DNA of 64,000 bases from contig LCFW01000003.1 in assembly GCA_000999315.1 (NCBI GenBank), positions 20,686 through 84,685 on the forward strand, given 5' to 3'. The first letter of the stretch is position 1. Every line of letters begins with the position of its first letter. Both the position numbers and the translations under genes were made by a program. The notes beneath the pieces were generated by a model that had not been told where the DNA came from, did no database searches, and was given only the letters and a program-made list of their open reading frames with translations. Shown here in pieces: positions 59,526 to 64,000 of this stretch. Source of the stretch: Candidatus Peregrinibacteria bacterium GW2011_GWF2_43_17. GTDB lineage: Bacteria; Patescibacteriota; Gracilibacteria; UBA1369; UBA12470.

Positions 59526-61525
59526 TGCCTAAAACCCTAGCTTGTCTCGACATCGAAACGACCGGTCTGAGCCCCGACAGAGATAAAATCATCGAAATCG
59601 GAGTGGCGATTTTTGATTTTAAAGAGAGAAAAATAATCAAAGAGTTCTCGACTTTCATAAACCCCGGAGTCGCAATCCCGAGCCAAGTAACCAACCTCAC
59701 GGGCATCACCGACGCGGATGTCAAAACGGCACCGAAAATCGCAGACATCAAGACCGAACTCGAAGAGTTTATTCGGGATTATCCGATCGTCGGCCACAAC
59801 ATAAATTTCGACATCGAATTTCTAAATGCGAACGGTTTTGAAATAAAAAACTTGCGACTCGACTCAATAGACATCGCCCACATCGCTTTCCCGAAAACGG
59901 ACTCATACAGCCTTGAAATAATAGGTAAAATTCTGGACGTGGAAGAGCGAGGCAAACATCGCGCGTTATCTGATGTGAAGTCTAACATTGAAATTCTTTA
60001 CAAGCTTTTCGATCTGTATTTTTCAAAAACTCCCGACATAAAAAACATACTCGAAAAAAGCGCTTCGCCATGGAAAGAAGTGATAAAAATCGCATCTGAA
60101 AATTGTAAAACTTTCAAACTCAACCAAAAAAAATCGGTCGCAAAATCGCAAAAAAAAGTCTCCTTCGAAGAAGACAAACTTCTCGCCGAAATCGCAGACC
60201 TCGTACCCGAAAATTTCATCGAAGAAAACCCGGAAAACAAAACAATAATTTGTGCGCCCGAAATCGAAAACGGCATCCACGAACCCGCAAATTATCTCGA
60301 ACAAAAACTGTTCGAGAAATTCCTGCAAAAAGAAACTTTCACACCGGAAGAAACCGTCTTCGCGCTGAAAATAATCCCACTCATCGGAGATCGCGAAATC
60401 GCAAGAAACGAACTGACGCTCCCGCAAAACGGCAAAGACTTATGGTGGGATTTCGCTTGCGCAAGCCTCCCCGAGAACATCATCAAAAAACTCACGACCG
60501 ATAAAACAATACTGATAAGTCATCGGACTCTCGCGAAAATCGCACTGCAAATGCCCGAATTAATCGAAGGCTCAACTCTGATCATTCTCGACGCGGATGA
60601 ACTTTTTGAGCACACGCGCGAATCGCTCACGGTAAGATATTCGATGAAAAGACTCGGCGAATCGGACACGGTTACAATGCTTTTCGCGCATCTCGGCATA
60701 ATGGCCGAAAAATACGGCGAGGGATTCGAATTCAAACTCGAAGAACACCATTTCGACACCCCCGAATGGCAAAAAGTCGCCACGTTAATAGAAAAACTTC
60801 CGCAAGAAGATCGAGTCGTAAAATTTCTCAACAAGTCAAAAAAATATTCCGAAAACTTAAACCTCTCAATAAGAATTTTTGAAGACGGCACTCCCCTCTT
60901 AACAATCACGCCGCTCAACATCGGCGCATTTCTTGAAGAAAAATATTGGAGCAAGGCGAAACGAATTCAACTCTTCTCAAGCACGCTGACTTTCGCTGAA
61001 GAAAGCCCGAAATACGACTTCATAAAATCCTCGCTAAACCTCCCTCTCGACATAAAAATCACACCGAGCGACGAGAAGAAAATTTATATCGAAAAAACTT
61101 CGTCCGACCTCGAAAAACTCATGGAAAAAGAAGAGAAACCAATCTACGTCCTGACCGGCTCCCAACGAGCTTGCGAACAAATCCACGCGGAATCGGCACT
61201 CAACTTAAAAAACGCCGGCATAAAACTCCTCGCCCAAAACTCCTCGGGCGGCATCGGCAAAATCAAATCCATGCTCAAAGAAACACCCGGGAAAACCGTG
61301 GTCGTCGGCACATACGATTTTTATAAACAAGCAAAACCCGAGATCAAAACCTTGATAATATTTCGCATCCCCTTCCCTCACCCGAACGCCGTCCAAATCA
61401 AATGTCCCGAAGCCGAAAAATTCAAGAAATACGCCCTGCCCGCAACCATGATAAAACTAAAAAAGATCGGGCTGAAAGCGGAGAAAATCATTTCGTTGGA
61501 CGGAAGGATGCCGGAATATTTATGA
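59525..61525 (+). CDS. DnaQ-like 3'-5' exonuclease fused to a degenerate DinG-like region
   Basis: DIETTG, GHNINFD, HRALSD; C-terminal FSSTL, LLAQ..SGG, RIPFPHP, LDGR remnants. Confidence 0.8.
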   Translation: MPKTLACLDIETTGLSPDRDKIIEIGVAIFDFKERKIIKEFSTFINPGVAIPSQVTNLTGITDADVKTAPKIADIKTELEEFIRDYPIVGHNINFDIEFLNANGFEIKNLRLDSIDIAHIAFPKTDSYSLEIIGKILDVEERGKHRALSDVKSNIEILYKLFDLYFSKTPDIKNILEKSASPWKEVIKIASENCKTFKLNQKKSVAKSQKKVSFEEDKLLAEIADLVPENFIEENPENKTIICAPEIENGIHEPANYLEQKLFEKFLQKETFTPEETVFALKIIPLIGDREIARNELTLPQNGKDLWWDFACASLPENIIKKLTTDKTILISHRTLAKIALQMPELIEGSTLIILDADELFEHTRESLTVRYSMKRLGESDTVTMLFAHLGIMAEKYGEGFEFKLEEHHFDTPEWQKVATLIEKLPQEDRVVKFLNKSKKYSENLNLSIRIFEDGTPLLTITPLNIGAFLEEKYWSKAKRIQLFSSTLTFAEESPKYDFIKSSLNLPLDIKITPSDEKKIYIEKTSSDLEKLMEKEEKPIYVLTGSQRACEQIHAESALNLKNAGIKLLAQNSSGGIGKIKSMLKETPGKTVVVGTYDFYKQAKPEIKTLIIFRIPFPHPNAVQIKCPEAEKFKKYALPATMIKLKKIGLKAEKIISLDGRMPEYL

Positions 61526-61543
61526 ACTCAAAGTTCCAATCCC

Positions 61544-63193
61544 ATGAAAAAATTCCTCCTCTGCCTTCTACTATCTACTGTCTACTGTCTCCCCACCACC
61601 CACGCCTGGTGGATCGACTCCTATTCCACCCTGATCGAAATCCGAGAAAACGGCTCGATCGTCATCGAGGAAACCATAACGGCAAACTTTTCAGACGATG
61701 CTCATCACGGGATTTACAGGATAATCCCGAATAAAATCGGAGATGAAAGATTGCGATTCGATTTGATAAGCATAACCGACGAAAACGGCACGGCGATACC
61801 CTTTACAATCACGAGCGGATTCGACGGAACGACTTACGCAACGGGAAATTCGGACATCCTGATTCAAGAACCGACAACCTACATTATAAAATACGAAGTC
61901 GAAAACGGCCTCTCGTTTTTCGAAGACCATGATGAGATTTATTGGAATACGGTGGGTTCCGACTGGCAGACCGAAATTTTGAGCGCGAGCGCAAAAATAA
62001 TTCTCCCCGAATCAATAACCGCAACCGACGAACTCGACGCTGTTTGTTACACCGGCTCGCAAGACGACACCGAACAAAACTGCACATGGCAAAACACATC
62101 CGCAAACACAATAGAATTCGCGACAACAAAGCCACTCAATCCATATGAAGCGCTTACCATAGCCATCAAATTCCCTCTCGGGCATGTATCCGAACCGATC
62201 GAAGAATTGTGGATCCTCCAAGATTTTTGGCCGGCAATCTTGCCGCTAATCGTTTTTGTCATACTTTTCAAAAGATGGAAAAAATACGGGCGGGACGAAA
62301 AAATTGAAACGATCACACCCGAATATAAACCCGTGAAAGAACTCTCTCCGGCGGAAGTGTCATTCATCGCATACGAAAAAATTACGGCGAAAGACATTTC
62401 GGCAACGCTGATAGATTTAGCAATCAGGAAATATTTGAAAATCGAAGAAACGAAAGACGAAATTCTCGGAATTTTTAAATTCAGAAATTATACGCTTTAC
62501 AGATTGAAAAAAGCCGAGGAAACAACTTTGCGTCCTTTTGAAAAACTTTTAATTGAAAAACTTTTTGAAGAAAAAGGTCAAATCAACCTCTCCGACCTCA
62601 AAAACAAATTTTACAAACACATAAACGGAATCCGAAAAGAAATAATCAACTCGGTGGTTGAGAAAAAAATCTTCGAAAAAAATCCCGTCACGGCAAAAAC
62701 GATACAACTCGTGGTAGGCGGTATTATAGCAGGCACCGGATTTTCATTCATTGGCGGTATAGAATCCGAAACATGGAAATTCGTACTCGGATTTTCAATA
62801 ATGACCTGCGGAATCCTAACCATGATTTTCGGCTACTACATGTCGAAAAAAACAATCGAAGGCAACGAATTTTACAAAAAAATTCTCGGTCTGAAAATGT
62901 ACATCGAAACCGCCGAAAAGGATCGCATACAACTTCACGAAAAAGAAAAACACTTCGAAGAGCTTCTGCCTTACGCAATGGTTTTCATGCAAACAAACCA
63001 CTGGGCAAAACAATTCGAAGACATTTATCCGGCTCCACCAAGCTGGTATGTAAGCACGGGACTAACCACGGAACATTTCTCGATGATGGAATTCACAAGC
63101 AACATGGATCACGCAATGTCGTCCATAAGTACGGCATTAAGCTCGCGACCGAAAGGCTCGGCGGGAGGTGGGGGGAGCGGTAGCGCCTGGTAA
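61544..63193 (+). CDS. DUF2207-like membrane protein
   Basis: signal peptide, HGIYR.IP, EIYWN..G..W, ATLIDLA, LPYA, Gly-rich C-terminus ending in W. Confidence 0.85.
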   Translation: MKKFLLCLLLSTVYCLPTTHAWWIDSYSTLIEIRENGSIVIEETITANFSDDAHHGIYRIIPNKIGDERLRFDLISITDENGTAIPFTITSGFDGTTYATGNSDILIQEPTTYIIKYEVENGLSFFEDHDEIYWNTVGSDWQTEILSASAKIILPESITATDELDAVCYTGSQDDTEQNCTWQNTSANTIEFATTKPLNPYEALTIAIKFPLGHVSEPIEELWILQDFWPAILPLIVFVILFKRWKKYGRDEKIETITPEYKPVKELSPAEVSFIAYEKITAKDISATLIDLAIRKYLKIEETKDEILGIFKFRNYTLYRLKKAEETTLRPFEKLLIEKLFEEKGQINLSDLKNKFYKHINGIRKEIINSVVEKKIFEKNPVTAKTIQLVVGGIIAGTGFSFIGGIESETWKFVLGFSIMTCGILTMIFGYYMSKKTIEGNEFYKKILGLKMYIETAEKDRIQLHEKEKHFEELLPYAMVFMQTNHWAKQFEDIYPAPPSWYVSTGLTTEHFSMMEFTSNMDHAMSSISTALSSRPKGSAGGGGSGSAW

Positions 63194-63242
63194 CAAGCGC
63201 GAGGAGCAGGTCCAATGGAATATATTTATATGATTTTTTGCC

Positions 63243-64000
63243 TTATTGCATCTCCCACTCTTCCTGCAACCTCTCGATCTCATCCCTAATCTCCGCCGCC
63301 TTCTCAAACTCCATGTTTTGAGCCGCTATATCCATCTCGGCCTCAAGCGAAGCGATAAGTCTGAACCTTTCTTCCCTCGGCACAACTTTACCCTCATATC
63401 TCTTAACTTGTTTTTTCGCCTCCTGCTTCTTAAACTCTTCCATGTCGTGAATTTTCTTAATAATCGTAACGGGAGTAATACCGTGCTTTTTGTTATAAGC
63501 TTCTTGCTTGGCACGCCTCCTGTTAGTTTCACCAAGAGCGCCATCCATCGCCGGCGTCATTTTGTCTGCATACATGATTACAAGACCATTTACGTTTCTC
63601 GCACATCGTCCGATAGTCTGGATCAAAGCACTTTCAGATCTCAAGAATCCTTGCTTGTCAGCATCCAAAATCCCGATCAACGAAACTTCAGGCAGGTCGA
63701 GACCCTCCCTAAGCAGGTTTATACCAACCAAAACATCAAACTTCCCCAATCTTAAGTCGCGCAATATTTCAATTCTTTCCAAAGTCTCTATATCCGAATG
63801 CAAATATCTAACTTTAAATCCTTTGTCGGCCAAAAATTTCGTCAAAGCTTCCGCCAATTTTTTAGTCAAAGTGGTAATCAATGCTCTCTCCCCACGAGCA
63901 ATAGCTTTATCGATTTCTACCTTCAAATTATCCATCTGGCCGGCAGTCGGCCTAACTTCTACAACAGGATCCAAAAGCCCAGTCGGACGAATAATTTGCT
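63243..64000 (-). CDS. uvrB: excinuclease ABC subunit B, 3' part (runs off the window)
   Basis: [38 protein letters not shown]-terminal UVR domain FEKAAEIRD. Confidence 0.97.
   Translation of the reverse strand, partial: QIIRPTGLLDPVVEVRPTAGQMDNLKVEIDKAIARGERALITTLTKKLAEALTKFLADKGFKVRYLHSDIETLERIEILRDLRLGKFDVLVGINLLREGLDLPEVSLIGILDADKQGFLRSESALIQTIGRCARNVNGLVIMYADKMTPAMDGALGETNRRRAKQEAYNKKHGITPVTIIKKIHDMEEFKKQEAKKQVKRYEGKVVPREERFRLIASLEAEMDIAAQNMEFEKAAEIRDEIERLQEEWEMQ

Noticed and set aside
1..64000. Alternative genetic code (UGA=Gly, as in Gracilibacteria/Absconditabacteria)
   Set aside because: Conserved genes are unbroken in code 11, and rpsJ, adk and pssA end in TGA at plausible positions.

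Overview
Core-genome window of a bacterium using genetic code 11 (conserved genes are unbroken and several end in TGA). It is probably a Patescibacteria/CPR lineage such as Peregrinibacteria; this is inferred from the missing rpmD, the lack of clear Shine-Dalgarno motifs, SLH surface proteins and de novo pyrimidine genes. In order it contains: CIRCE-controlled dnaK; a putative phospholipase C-like/psd/pssA/serS operon; a ~30 kb co-oriented cluster (rpoB-ssb-rpoC-rpsL-rpsG-lipoprotein-fusA-tuf-S10-spc-alpha-rplM-rpsI) followed by trmD, a P-type ATPase and rsmA; an orphan receiver-histidine kinase; a pyr cluster split by a ~1856-aa SLH surface protein; carA; a second SLH protein; an exonuclease fused to a degenerate DinG; a DUF2207-like protein; and the 3' part of uvrB. 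I saw no rRNA, tRNA, CRISPR array or transposase. The most unusual signals are non-coding: (i) a family of MITE-like hairpin elements with a shared core, one nested and one interrupting a small gene; (ii) sense-strand 7-8-nt tandem repeats just upstream of many start codons; (iii) candidate structured leaders before rpoB, rpsJ and rplC. All calls come from reading motifs by eye; no searches were run.
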